From Octopus sinensis (lineage: Eukaryota): a stretch of DNA of 64,000 nucleotides. The notes beneath the pieces are model-generated. The model did not search any database. It was not told the origin of the DNA and saw only the letters and a program-made list of their open reading frames with translations. Below, in pieces: positions 24,972-38,345 of the stretch. The stretch lies in NCBI RefSeq assembly GCF_006345805.1, contig NC_043009.1, forward strand, positions 36,518,001-36,582,000, in the 5' to 3' direction. Made by a program: the position numbers and the translations under genes. Position 1 is the stretch's first letter. The number at the start of each line of letters is the position of its first letter.

Positions 24972-25229
24972 AATGCTTAGTGTAATGGGTTGCACTTTAC
25001 TAAAAACAACTCCTGTAGTCACTGGTACTCCAAGCTCCATCTTATCTAAGTTAATTTTCGTCTTAATTAATTGTGCTATATTCTTTTTGCTACCGGTCCA
25101 TCTGTTTCATGCTCTTCTTATTTTCTTTCTCTCTAAGTGAACCGCTTTTGCTCTTCTAGCGGTTAATGATGATACTGCTATACCAGTAGTTTGAAATGGT
25201 CCCTTTCTAAATAACTTGATTGCCTACAT

Positions 25230-26386
25230 CAATGGTTCTCAACCATTTCTTGCCTATGGACCTCTTTGATCGCAATTTTACTCAGATGGACCCTCAGTCA
25301 TTTCATGTTTAAAATCTCACTATACTTTTGTAATTAAATATTATTAGGAATTGTATTGAAAAAATAAAAATATTTAATATTCTTTTACTTGTTTCAGTTA
25401 TTTGACCACAGCCATGCTGGAGCACTGCTTTGAAGGGTTTTAAGCAAACAAATCAACCACTGGACTTCTTTTTAAAGCCTGATATTCTATCATTCTTTTT
25501 TACTGAACTGCTAAGTTACAGGGACGTAAACACATTAAAACCAGTTGTCAAACAGTAAAAGGTGGACAAACACACACACATATGTGTGTGTGTGGGTGTT
25601 ATTTTTTCTAATATATATATATATAATAGAAAAAATAAGGTACTCAGAAATCTGGATGGTTGTACATTTACAGATTTTTAATATGTCACATATTTTTATA
25701 AATCATATATCTTAAGAATCTACTAGAGTAGATGCAAGTGCCAATATATGATTTATAAAAACGACATATAAATAAAAATTTGTAAATGTGCAACCATCCA
25801 AGTTTCTGAGTACCTTATTTGTTCTAATATATAATACCTGTACATCACCTCCAAACCTTCTAATATATATATATATGTAACTAATTTTTAAATATGGAGA
25901 AAAGAAGACAAGAAAAAACGTGAGGATGTAGTACATGCAAAGTATTAATGAGATGCTCAAAGAAGGAAAGAAAGAGTGGTTGTTTTACATTTCAAGCATA
26001 GTTCTTCTTCGGAAACAAGAGACATAGGAAAGTCCAACAGAAAAGGAAGAGTGAGAAAAAAATCACCAACAGCCTACATGTAGTTACATTTTCGAAATGA
26101 CCAGAAATAGATGGACAAAGAGAATATGCTTTCTGGGACAGGAGAGTGTGATGACTAGCTTCTCTCAGTTTCCATCTACCAAATCCGCTCACATGGCTCT
26201 GGTTGGCTTGAGGCTATAGAAGACACTTGTTGAAGAAGCCATGCAGTGGGACTGAATCATGTGGTTGGGAAGCAAGCTTATTACCACACAGCCATGCCTG
26301 TGCCTATATTGTATTGTAAAAGTAAAATTAACTTGTTATTATTTTTAACAACAAAATCTTATATGGACCCCAGTTGAGAACCACTG
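25230..26386. mobile_element. hAT-like MITE with nested SINE B fragments
   Basis: Termini CAATGGTTCTCAAC and GTTGAGAACCACTG; degenerate 8-bp TSD GCCTACAT/ATCTACAT. Confidence 0.7.
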
Positions 26387-26399
26387 ATCTACATGATGA

Positions 26400-27500
26400 T
26401 TAGCCCTATTTCATCAGATGGTTTCACCATTTCACTGGCTATCCTTGAGGCCCAACTGCTTTTGCATTTGTACCCCTATGCCTATTTCAATTGCATAGCT
26501 GTTACTTGGAATAGTCCTATTTATTCTCCTCATTCAGCACTTTAACCCTTTAGTATTTAAACCGGCCATATCCGGCCAAAATAGCTAGTCTGTTTTATGT
26601 TCAAACTGACCAGATCCAGGCTCTCACACCTACCCTACAATGTTATTCTACATTAAGTAATTACACCATCAAGATCTTGAAGATATGAGATAATGCATGA
26701 TTAATTCAAATCAATGGGAATCAATAAGCATTATATTTGATAGAATAATCTGAACACTAAAGGGTTAAGTAACACTTCCATACCTCCTTCTTTTTAGTAT
26801 TAGTGAGACTTAACATTCATAACCATTTATTTAATCGATTCCTTGCCAAGTATGAAGCCTCTCTGACTTGCATGTTCATAGTTGATAATAAAAAGGTTGG
26901 CTTGTTTCTTGAAGTTAGTTTTGAAAATGGTTTGGTCATATGCATCACAAAACTCCAAGAATCTTGAACCATCTTAATTGCAAGTACCATAACCCAAACC
27001 TCTATATACACTGGAATAACCAACATAATGTAGTTCAACATACCCATTAAAGTTCCCAGCCATAGCAAATTCAGTCTTCTATCCTAGTTTGCAAGGTCTC
27101 ATAGAAATGGTCCTTTTGTTAACAAATCATCTAGATTGTGATGCATATAGAGATCCCTATTCCTGATGTCTTACCTCTGATTAGTCTTAATCATTCAGTC
27201 ACATACTCTAATTACTTTATCCATTCATTATGAAACCAATAATAAATTTACTTTACCAACTCCTGCAATGTTACTCACCCAAGAGAATTTTTGCTTATGT
27301 TCCTAGTCTGTGAGCTCCTTGGGACCATCTTATCTCTTGGACACAGCACTCATTTACTTCCACTCTAAAAGTCTTACAATCTCTGAAGAGTGGTAGCAAC
27401 TACCAAGTTTTGCACCTGATAAGGTGAGGAGAGTTACCTAAAAGAAAATAAGCTTTGCAACTAGACTTCTGCTATTCCACAAGAGCTAAATCTTCTTGCC
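26400..27500 (-). mobile_element. RTE LINE endonuclease-domain remnant
   Basis: Decayed AGNFNGYV...RGLGYGTCN.DGSRFLEFCDA motif on the minus strand. Confidence 0.6.
26546..26764. mobile_element. piggyBac-like MITE
   Basis: TTAA|CCCTTTAG...CTAAAGGG|TTAA; same family as 654-871. Confidence 0.85.
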
Positions 27501-28415
27501 TCCAATTGAGAAACAAAATTTAAAATTCCCTTAATATAAATCCATTTTGGTAAGAATTACAACAGTAAAAAAGAACCTGTTAGTTTGATTAGCATTGTGT
27601 TAGAAAATAATAACTTTGAATTCCAATGCAGTCTTACCGTTTCCAATAACTACAGCCAAATCTAGGGTGTTTTATATGAATATTAAAACTGAGCACAGTA
27701 CTTTTATTAGACCTGGAAGGATTAAAGGGATGTTGACCTCGGCAAGATCTGAACTCTGAACTAAATACTGTATTTTGTCCAATGCTTTAATGATTCTACC
27801 AATTCATTGCCCAAGGTTTGGGATGGATGGCTACACATGCACAATCTAGAATCTGAGGAATCTAGGTTCTGATCCATGTTGGCAAAGGTAAAATCCATTT
27901 TTTATGTACCGTGCACACACACATACACAGCGTGTGTGCAGGAAAGAGGGTACATAAGAATGACCAGCAAATACGACTGATTGTGTAAAACGTAGAAGTG
28001 TAGAGAGAGAGAGAAAGAGAGAGTGAGAGAGAGAATGTGAAAGATTGAGGTTAATCTATTGAAAATCCAAATTCTAGCAATAACTTATCTCAGAATTTTA
28101 GATATGTAATGTTAAAAGACAAACGGAGCTTTCCAAAATCAAACAACTACTAGGTGGATATGAATATGATTAAATAAACCGTTTTGAAAGAACAACCATA
28201 GTTAAAGGTACAGATGCCATGTTGTTGACGATAAGGCGCAGAGGAAGCCATGGTTAAATGGTAAGGAATAGTGGCGGGGGAGGTTTGAATGAAATATATG
28301 CAATCAATTATTTTTTCAGTGGTACGTCACTCACAGACATTCTTTCTACAGCACCAACAGTTTTTAGAGTACAAAAGTTATTCGCCGAGACGAAGAACGA
28401 TTCTGCAAGTACATT

Positions 28416-28416
<1 letters not shown>

Positions 28417-28506
<90 letters not shown>
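28417..28506. repeat. (TA)n microsatellite
   Basis: Read directly from the sequence. Confidence 0.95.
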
Positions 28507-28507
<1 letters not shown>

Positions 28508-28872
28508 TTAACTAAAATATAAACGATGAGATAGAAATAATACATGACTCATATCAGGATCGGAGAAGCACTGGAATACAAATCAAACTTTAAAAAACTT
28601 TTTTTCTAGTTATAATATATATTAGTTATAACAAAATGACAACAATAATTAGAACACCTTGAATAATAAATAAATAAATAAAGCGATTTTAGAATCTATT
28701 TTTCTTTTCATTCTTTTCTGACAATACAGCAAGCATGACATAAAAATACATTTAAAATAGCAAATGTCGATAGCAACTGACTTTTAGGATTCGTTCATCA
28801 TTTAACAAACATATTTTGGCTAGATAGGTGGAACCCACACAATGAAGAGCTGCTCGTTAATTACATTTTAAG

Positions 28873-30090
28873 TTAGAAATAATTCAGTTTTACATATTCT
28901 TTTAGGTTTGCAGGTAATGGAAGAGAATCGATAGAATGTAAGGATTTAGTTTGGCGAAGTCTGGTTCTGATGATCTGGCGACAAAGATGTCCCAGTTTTT
29001 TAGGTTTGTTTTTGGTAAATCTCACAAATGACCAGTAATCAAATACTTCATCGATTAAATTTTGAACAATGGGACAATTAGCAAAAAGATTTTTGTAGTA
29101 AACTCGACTAGTTTTTTCGAGTTTTGCCCCCCACAGCACCAATAAACGAACCACACTCTTATAGAGGTTAAGGAATTCTTCTGACGTTTGAAGAATGCTT
29201 TGGTATAGATTCATGTAGTCCTCTGTTTTCTCTAGGTCTAACGTTGCGGGTTCCACTTTATGAACATACCTCATTTCATACATGGACAGGATACTGAGAG
29301 CGATACATAAAGGAAGCATAGACTGTTGTCGTCTTGAAGTATCGAAGTTATTTTCGAAATATAAGGAATTAGGTTCGGCTCCCATCGATAGCAACATCTC
29401 CATAATTCCAACAAATTTACATTGGTGTCCGAACAATCGAAGTTGGTCGGGATTCTGTTCCAAACAAATGACACCATTGTCAGTCCGTAAGTACTTGACG
29501 TTGTTTCGAATCATCTTGAGACTGTGGTTTAAGGCAGTTTCCCCATTCTGGTCGCAAAGGTTTATAAACTTTGCGGGGTAACGCCGAAGTAATCTGTCAA
29601 CACAGTCTAAATCACCTCTCATGACAGATGTATGCAGAGGAATGAAGCCACTTCCAATACTTCTCTCGCACTGGTGTTTAGCGGGGGAATGTTCAATAAT
29701 AATTTCCAGGGTTTCGACATCACCGAGTTCGGCGACAAGCTGGAGCGGGGAATCACCTTTAATATCCACCATAGATAATTGCAAGTCTTTCTTTATCATG
29801 AAACTTATAAGATCACGACCTTCTCGAAGATTTATAGCTCCAGATTTCATCGAATCCAAAACGGTGTGAATAAGGCGCCCTTTCGATGTTGGAAGATTAG
29901 GGCTGCATCCATTTTCTAAGAAAATTTTAACGAGTTCTGTGTTGCCATTTTTGCAAGCCACTTCCACTGGAGCAGGTGTATTTCCAGGATTCAATGGAGT
30001 CACACTAATATCTGTTATGAAATCATTACAAAGTCTTCGCAAATCATCCGCGTCGCCATCCTGTACGGCACGCAGCAGCTGACCATACAT
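28873..30090 (-). CDS. Ankyrin repeat and SOCS box protein (ASB-type), 405 aa, intronless CDS
   Basis: Ankyrin-like repeats (PVEVACKNGNTELVKIFLENG, SPLQLVAELGDVETLEIII, PLHTSVMRGDLDCVDRLL, GETALNHS); C-terminal SOCS box with BC box PKKLGHLCRQIIR and Cul5 box LPLP. Confidence 0.92.
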   Translation of the reverse strand: MYGQLLRAVQDGDADDLRRLCNDFITDISVTPLNPGNTPAPVEVACKNGNTELVKIFLENGCSPNLPTSKGRLIHTVLDSMKSGAINLREGRDLISFMIKKDLQLSMVDIKGDSPLQLVAELGDVETLEIIIEHSPAKHQCERSIGSGFIPLHTSVMRGDLDCVDRLLRRYPAKFINLCDQNGETALNHSLKMIRNNVKYLRTDNGVICLEQNPDQLRLFGHQCKFVGIMEMLLSMGAEPNSLYFENNFDTSRRQQSMLPLCIALSILSMYEMRYVHKVEPATLDLEKTEDYMNLYQSILQTSEEFLNLYKSVVRLLVLWGAKLEKTSRVYYKNLFANCPIVQNLIDEVFDYWSFVRFTKNKPKKLGHLCRQIIRTRLRQTKSLHSIDSLPLPANLKEYVKLNYF

Positions 30091-32670
30091 TTTCGTTCTA
30101 GAGAACCGTTGTTGCCTCCTCCCTGCTCTAGGAATCTGTCTGCAGACTGGTACTATGGCTTGGTACTCGGCTAATTTACTTGCTGCTTACTAACAACCAT
30201 AATATAAACATTAAGTGGCTGTCAGCCGCTGCTATAATAAAACTTCTCCACCACTGCTTCTCATTATCCGCTAACCGACAGCAAAATCAGAAAATAAACA
30301 ATATGAATGGCACCAAAAGCGAACAGTTTGCCTCCAAAGTCATCGGAAAAGTATGTGTAAGTGGAAGAATTAGGTTCTGAATAAACTTTTCTACTGAACA
30401 TTTTTTTCTTTTTTCTTTTTCTTGAGTTGTTCACTTGTGAAATCTTCTTCATGTGTCTTCACAGAATCACAGACATTCCCTTCCTTCAACCTTCACATAT
30501 TTCATGATTTCTAATCATACTTTCGTATTTTTGTCACGGAGCCATAAATACATTTTAACAACTTCCTTCAACAAATTTCTGACAAGGTATGAAACTAATA
30601 TTAAAAATAACTAAATTATCAAAAATTTATTTTATTCTATTTAAAAAAAAAACCCACTAAATAATAATAATAATAATAATAATTTAAAGCGCATTGCTTC
30701 ATGTCGGAAGAAATTTATAAACAAAACAATTATTTCTTTTTCTTTACATTTACGGCTTGAGAATCAAAACGGAAGATTTTCTTTTAATGATGGGCAGGAA
30801 AGGAATGGAGACATAATATTTATGCCTTCCCCATAAATATTTAAGAAAAGAGGTGATATGTTAATCGGTTCCAGTTAGATATCGAAACCTAGTCAAGGAT
30901 TTTTCAGTTGGACCAATGGTTTTTAATTCCTATGCGATATTCCACTACATCTAGACAAAAATACACACACACTCACACACACACATCTCATTCACATATT
31001 AAAGAATCGCAATCAATTAGAATCCAATAAATAATTTTTTAAATTATTCTGTTTTAAGCCATTTTTGCTAAAACTTGGCACCACCAACGTAAGAAACAAA
31101 ATTGTTGCAGACCCAAAATTGTGTCGATGTTCTTTGAAACGGAAGTGAATGTTTGAGTAAACGCAAAGCTTCGAGGTTTGGCAACAAGCATCGACAAACA
31201 TTGGCAGTGAACAACAAAAAACAAATAAAATAAATAAAAAAATAGATCACGCAGAAATCGATTCACATAATCGATGATGATAAAACAAGAGTTATCTTAT
31301 TTTGCTATCATGCTGATATTTAACAAATACATCGAGTAAATCAGTTGTTGGTGAAGGTTTCCTCATTTTCGTCTCTGGCAAAATTTTATGGCTCCAGTTT
31401 ACAACAAGAGAAATAATAATAATAATAAAAAAAAAAAGAAAGTAAAAACGAACAACACACCGTCGCCATTATCCATTCATTACATTTAATACACATCAAA
31501 TACTATAGAGGGTGGGGAATGTCTCAAGGATTAACCAGGTGAATATCGGTCTAGACTGTTTGTGTAAAAATGTACCTCGGTTGTTGTTACTGTGTTGTCT
31601 AGTTTCCTACCACACCCTTAGGTCAGCTCTGATTATGCTGGATTATTTCGTCAAAATTCCTCCCAGTTGTAACTATCTGTCTTTTTGATTTTTTTCAGAC
31701 ATATACTAATTAAAATCCTATTACGCAATGTCCCACCCCAACCGTTTTTTTTAGACAGTAAGGTGTAGTTTGAGGGGGGAGTTTAACTGCTATTTCTAGC
31801 ATATTAGGTGACCCTCTACAAGATCTTCCGTGGGTGGTAAACGAGAATTTAACAGGATTCTTTACCGTAGATTGTAGGGAATTATGAGAATCGTTGTTGT
31901 TATTGCTTAGTTCGAGTTTGGCCTTCATCGAGCAAATCTTTGCTAGAAGACACTCCAACTGTGGCTACCTTGTCTTCTTGTTCCTTTTGGAGTATTGTAT
32001 ACCTTGGAATATCTTCTCTAGTGTATCTTTTTTTTAAGACAATAAGGTGTAATTCGCTCCTTGTGGAGAATCGCTCATCGGCTCATATGCATGTATCCCT
32101 CAGAGCATTATATTTGAAGAATTAGCACCATCTTTGTTAGGGACAATGTCCTTGCTTCTTTGGACCCTCAGCTCCTGATGAAGTTGTAGGGACACTGTCA
32201 TAACGTAGGGAAGCATATTTCCCAATGACCTACAGTAAAGAATTCTGCTAAAGAATTTTTTACCTCCCACCCACATTTATACCATCTCTCCCTGTCTACA
32301 GTATAGGATTTACTTAACTTTTTATTTGTAGGGCCATGAGGAATCCTTTATATTAGTGGACCCCAACTAGTTTTGCATCACAGAACTACTTCCTGCAAGA
32401 CAATGTTCTATTGATATGGGGATCATGTATATAACAAAACCTAATGCATATTTCATCATCATCATCATCATCATCATTTAACGTTTGTTTTCCTTGCTGG
32501 CATGGGTTGGACTAAAAATTGCTAGCAGGCAGCTACAGAGAATATATATAATAAATATTTTTACATATATAATACATACTTACATACACTAATATATGTT
32601 TGTTTTCTACATCACCTGTCTTCATCTTTTGTTTTTTTTTGTGAACTCTCCCTATATATATATATATATA

Positions 32671-33612
32671 TCATCATCATCGATTAACGTCCGCTTTCCA
32701 TGCTAGCATGGGTTGGACGATTTTGACTGAGGGCTGGCGAGCCAGATGGCTGCACCAGGCTCCAATCTTGATCTGGCAGAGTTTCTACAGCTGGATGCCC
32801 TTCCTAATGCCAACCACTCCGAGAGTGTAGTAGGTGCTTTTTACGTGCCACTGGCACGGGGGCCAGTCAGGCGGCACTGGCAACGACCTCGCTCGAATCT
32901 TTTTACACGTGCCACCGGCACAGGTGCCAGTTGGTAATGATCACGCTTGAATGGTGCCCTTTTATGTGCCACGGGTACAGAAGCCAGTTGGCTGCTCTGG
33001 CAACGATTACGCTCGGATGGTGCTCTTGGCACCCTACTAGCACAGGCATAAGTGCCAGTAAGGCGACGCTGGTAATGATCATACTCGAATAGCCGCTCTG
33101 TCAACGATCACACTCGTATGGTTTTCTTTGCACCCCACTAGCACGAATGCCAGTCATCGAATTGAATATATATATATATATCATCATCATCATCATCGTT
33201 TAACGTCCGTTTTCTGCACTAGCACGGGTTGGACGGTTCGACCGGGGTCTGGGAAGCCAGGGGCTGCACCAGGCTCCAGTCTGATCTGGCAGTGTTTCTA
33301 CAGCTGGATGCCCTTCCAAACGCCAACCACTCCGCGAGTGTAGTGGGTGCTTTTTACGTGCCACCTGCACAGGTGCCAAGGTGTCTGGCATCGGCCACGA
33401 TCGGTTGTTGCTTTTAACGTGTCACCGGCACGGAAGCCAGCCAAGGCGGCGCTGGCATTGGCCACGCTCAGATGGTGCTTTTTATGTGCCACCGGCACAG
33501 AAGCCAGTTGGGGCGGCGCTGGCATCAGCCACATTCGGATGGTGCTTTTTATGTGCCACCGGCACAGAAGCCAGTCAAGGTGGCGCTGGAATCGGCCACG
33601 TTTGGATGGTGC
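32671..33612 (-). mobile_element. Two tandem family A elements (32671-33130, 33181-33612) with 5' repeat arrays
   Basis: Two (CAT)n-led 3' blocks, each followed by units of about 60-67 bp containing GTGCCACCGGCAC. Confidence 0.85.
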
Positions 33613-34308
33613 TTATATATATATATTCAAATTTTGGCTCAAGGCCAGTCAGTTTGAGGAGAGGTTAAACTGATTACATCAACTCCAGTGTACAACTGGT
33701 ACTTATATTATCAACCCCAAATGGATGAAAGGCAACGTCAACCTCAGCAGAATTTGAACTCAGAGCATAAAGATGGACAAAATGTTGCTAAATGATTTGC
33801 CTGGCATGCTAATGATTCTAACAGCTTGCTGCCTTAATATATATACATATACAGGGTGGCCATAAAGTCATGCACCATCCTGCAATATGTGAAATTACTA
33901 ACATTCTCACTAAGCAACAGCAACCATAATCCGAAAAAAAAAACAAGTCAACATCATTGGTAACCACTGAGCCGCTGTTTTATGTCGGAGTTATCCTAGT
34001 TACCTGAGTTACCTTCTCCTAGAAGGATGCCCTAACAAAGGCTAGGAGTTCTTCACTCCCAATGGTTTTACCGCGCGATCGGGTATTCAGCCCGATTATT
34101 TCTATGTCCCCACGCATGATACAGCCTTAAGACATTTATTGGATGGCCGTTGACTCTCAAGAGTTCCTCCGCTCTTTGACGGGTTTTGTTTTTCATCCCG
34201 CAGGGTGTCCAATAAACACCCTCCTCACCAAGCAAGTTTGGTGGGATTGCCGGTTTAGTCGCCAACGACCTGACCATGCAACAGGTTGTACTGGATTACA
34301 TGTTACCA

Positions 34309-34497
34309 GTAGCACTCGAAAGTGACCTGACATACTTATTACATATATAATATATATAATACAATAACACCCTACAGATGTCAATAAAATTTAAATAAAT
34401 TTAAAGCTTTATTTTTTTCTGTGTTGCCCAGTACAAATAATCCTTGGCTCAATGCTGGTCTATGGTCCAGTCATTGGGGACGTCTGCTTTATGTGGC
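34309..34497. repeat. Left arm of an inverted duplication (right arm 36239-36880)
   Basis: The reverse complement matches 36239-36360 plus 36814-36880. Confidence 0.85.
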
Positions 34498-34861
34498 CAC
34501 TGAATCTGTTAGAAATAGTGGTCAAATCTACCCTCAAATCATTCCCTACTGTGTTAAAAAAAGTACATGAATAATTTAGATATATATCTGGGTGTGAGGG
34601 GACAAAGAAAAAATATAAGATGAATTGGCAGCAATTAAGAATGTCGTTGACCTATTGATCTGCTTGTTTGATTCCATTGTGATGTGGATTATAAGCCCTT
34701 TTAACTCAATAGCAGCATCAGTGGAGAAGAAAGGCATGAGATGTTAAAAGGTACCATCAAAAACAATTTACTATATTTCATGGCATAAAAGACACAAGCA
34801 TATAAGATGCACTCTAATTTCAGCAGCACATATTCAGAAAAAAGTTTTTAATGCATTAAAA

Positions 34862-35160
34862 CAGTGATTCCCAATGCAGAGCATACACCCCACTGGTGGG
34901 TCCTGGGAAAATTGTAGTGGGTGTGGTGCCATAGTCACCAGACACAAGGTTCTCATTAAAGTGATCCACTTTTTTAACCTTAGTCAATAATGTACATTTT
35001 CTTTTTGTACTCAGCACTTAATAAAAGAGTTACTGGCAGGTTTTTTTTAAAGTAATTGTGATAAAATATTAAAAATAACGTTTTTTTTTCTTTGGTGGGG
35101 ATATACATTTTACTGGAAAGTTACAGTGGGACCTAGGGGAAAATAGGCTGGGAAACACTA
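34862..35160. mobile_element. hAT-like MITE
   Basis: Termini CAGTGATTCCCAA and CTGGGAAACACTA; degenerate 8-bp TSD CATTAAAA/CACTAAAG. Confidence 0.65.
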
Positions 35161-35606
35161 CACTAAAGTATGTAATATAGGCCCAACTTCACATGTAAGA
35201 TCTGGGGTACTTTTTGAGACAGGTTTCTGAGAAAAGTGTTTCTGCTATGCCATCAAATATGGTAAAGAGTGTGTTATTGTTTAACCCTAGGTCAGCCCTG
35301 AGGTCCCATGATTGAAAGATATTTTAAATGGGACCAACGTATCTTCTTTTTCTGATGGTGCTGTGAGATTTCAGGAACTTTTTCGGCTATTATTTCTAGC
35401 ATGCTGAAAAATTACATTGAAGTCTCTTTCTTGGTTTCTAAATAGAGAGGTAATTGACAGAGAAATCACAGATAACAGAAATGAAGGGTAACCAGCTTGA
35501 GTGTCATACATGTGTGTACGGGTGTGTGTGTGTGTACACACATACGTATGTACATACATACATACAAAATGCATGAGAATATATATATACACACACACAC
35601 ACATAT

Positions 35607-35993
35607 ATTCTTTTATTCTTTTACTTGTTTCAGTCATTTGACTGCGGCCATGCTGGAGCACCGCCTTTAATCGAGCAACTCAACCCCGGGACTTATTCTT
35701 TTGTAAGTCCAGTACTTATTCTATCAGTCTCTTTTGCCGAACCGCTAAGTGACGGGGACATAAACACACCAGCATCGGTTGTCAAGCAATGCTAGGGGGA
35801 CAAACACAGACACACACACATATATATATACATATATACGACAGGCTTCTTTCAGATTCCGTCTACCAAATCCACTCACAAGGCATTGGTCGGCCCGAGG
35901 CTATAGCAGAAGACACTTGCCTAAGCGTCACGCAGTGGGACTGAACCCGGAGCCATGTGGTTGGTTAGCAAGCTACTTACCACACAGCCACTC
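35607..35993 (-). mobile_element. tRNA-derived SINE family B, full length
   Basis: Reverse complement of 61622-62046. Confidence 0.9.
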
Positions 35994-36360
35994 ATATAAA
36001 CATACAAATCTGCACATATACACACATGCAAAAATACCCTGTTGATGTTGAAATTCCTATGAAAGAGCCTTGGATCTATGTAAGAAACTGGCTGTTTCTC
36101 TGTTGGCAAGAAATCTTGAAATAAAACTGAATAATGACATACATAGTTACACAAGAAGTAGCACGAAGCAGTGATGAGAAATAAACAAACTTTAGGTCAG
36201 TTCAAATATGTTTTTGACATATCTTAACTTCTAAAGATGCCACCTAAAGCAGACGTCCCCAATGACTGGACCATAGACCAGCTTTGAGCCAAGGATTATT
36301 TGTACTGGGCAACACAGAAAAAAATAAAGCTTTATATTTATTTTAATTTTATTGACATCT

Positions 36361-36813
36361 TTAGGGTCCGTTGCCAGCCTCGCCTGGCCCCCGTGCCGTT
36401 GGCACGTAAAAGCACCATCCGCTCGTGTCCGTTGCCAGCCTTGCCTGGCCCCCGTGCCGGTAGCACGTAAAAGTACCATCCGTTCGTGTCCGTTGCCAGC
36501 CTCGCCTGGCCCCCGTGCCGGTAGCACGTAAAAGCACCATCCGTTCGTGTCCGTTGCCAGCCTCGACTGGCACGTAAAAACACCATCCGTTCATGGCCGT
36601 TTGCCAGCTCTGTCTGGCACCTGTGTAGGTGGCACGTAAAAAGCACCCACTACACTCACGAAGTGGTTGGCGTTAGGAAGGGCATCCAGCCGTAGAAACA
36701 CTGCCAAATCTGACTGGGCCTGATGAAGCCTTCCGGCTTCACAGACCCCAGTTAAACCGTCCAACCCATGCTAGCATGGAAAACGGACGCTAAATGATGA
36801 TGATGATGATGAT
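36361..36813 (+). mobile_element. Family A element with a 61-bp 5' tandem array and 7-bp TSD
   Basis: About 3.5 units CGTGTCCGTTGCCAGCCTCGCCTGGCCCCCGTGCCGGTAGCACGTAAAAG...; (GAT)n tail; (T/G)TAGGGT duplicated at the ends. Confidence 0.88.
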
Positions 36814-37094
36814 GTAGGGTGTTATTGTATTATATATATTATATATGTAATAAGTATGTCAGATCACTTTCGAGTGCTACTTCATGCGACTACTAAAGTA
36901 TTTGTTCAGAATGCACAGTCTACAAGTGCAAATCAGTCACTGGTATTGACTGATCCATTATAAAGCTACAGTTTTCTGTCAGATCAGGATTACCTCTCTT
37001 TGGTGTCCCCTACTGAATATAGCATAGTTGGCCAGAAGTGTGTCTAATGGTCCAATAGTGGGTGTGCCATAAAAAGTGAGTCTAGAGGCCAGCA

Positions 37095-38010
37095 TGAGGA
37101 ATATGTTAAAATTGTTTTTGAGAAGATAAAGGAGTATGGATTCAAACTTAGCGAGGAAAAATGCGAATTTTTCATGCCAGAAATAAAGTATCTAGGGCAA
37201 GTTATTGATAAAAATGGTCACAGGCCACATCCTTCAAGATCGAGGGCAATAAAAAATATACTTATTCTGAAAAATATTACACCATTATAAGCGTTCTTAG
37301 GACTCACAAACTATTACCAAATATACATACCAAACATGCATGAGCTAAGAGCACCCCTAAACAACCTATTGAAAAAAGGTGTTAAATGGTATTGGTTAGA
37401 CAGGTGTGAAAAAGCGTTTAAAGAAATTTAAAAAGTTTATCATCAGAACTGTCATTATTGTACTTTGATCCAAATTTAAAAACAGTAGTAGCATCAGATG
37501 CTGGCGAAAGTGGGAGAGGAGCGGTAATTTTACACAAGTATGAAAATGGTAGTGTAAAACCCATTGCTCATGCTTCAAGTTCATTGTTGGCAGCTGAAAA
37601 AGACTACAGCCAAATTGAGAAGGAGGCACTAGCCATTATTTTTGTGGTGAAAAAATTTCACAAATTCACACAGGAAGGAAATTCAGACCACCACCCATTG
37701 TTGTCAATTTACGGATCGAGAAGGGGTATCACCACACATACAGCCATCTGATTGCAACACTGGGGGATGGTCCTGCTAAATTATGATTTTAAGATGAAAT
37801 TTCTACTATTGTAAAAATTAGGACATGTGGATGGGCTGTCAAGATTGATTCCTAAATACAATGAACTGTTAGAGGTAATAGCGAAATTAAAAGTTGAAAT
37901 CGAAATAAAAAACATACTCTGCAATGTAGTATGCGAACTACCTGTCACTTTAGAAGAAATAAAAATTAAAGCAGAGAAGGATGCGTTCATAATAATAATG
38001 AAAAAATAGT
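37095..38010 (+). mobile_element. Ty3/Gypsy pol remnant (RT end and RNase H)
   Basis: FKLSEEKCEFFMPEIKYLG, VVASDAGESGRGAVILH, PIAHASSSLLAAEKDYSQIEKEALAIIFVVKKFHKF, DGLSRLIP; stops and frameshifts. Confidence 0.9.
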
Positions 38011-38214
38011 GAAGTTTGAAATAAATACAAAATCTCATGTAACCAAAGGTGTGGTATGCACAGATGCTTTGTAAAGACAGTTGTAGAATAGATGTTGTTT
38101 GTTATGTGTTGTTTCTGATTTATATTTGTATTGTTATAACCTTGTTATAAGTCCACATAATAAAGTGGCATATACAGTGAGTTCAATGAAGTACATAACA
38201 GTGTTGACAAGACA

Positions 38215-38345
38215 CAACACATGTATAAATGAATCAAAGAGATGCAAGTTATGCATAACTGAAAGACCACACATTCTTTTTAAGTCCAAGAATTCCACCA
38301 CACTACTTAATTCTAGAGCAGAAATTTTTAGTAAATGCAGCATGG
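38215..38345 (+). mobile_element. Penelope-like GIY-YIG C-terminal fragment
   Basis: SKRCKLCITERPHILF...LLNSRAEIFSKC resembles the C-terminus of Penelope-like ORFs from marine invertebrates. Confidence 0.55.

Noticed and set aside
36719-36750. CTGATGA followed by the hairpin AGCC/GGCT
   Set aside because: No GAAA follows; it is a point variant within a family A element.
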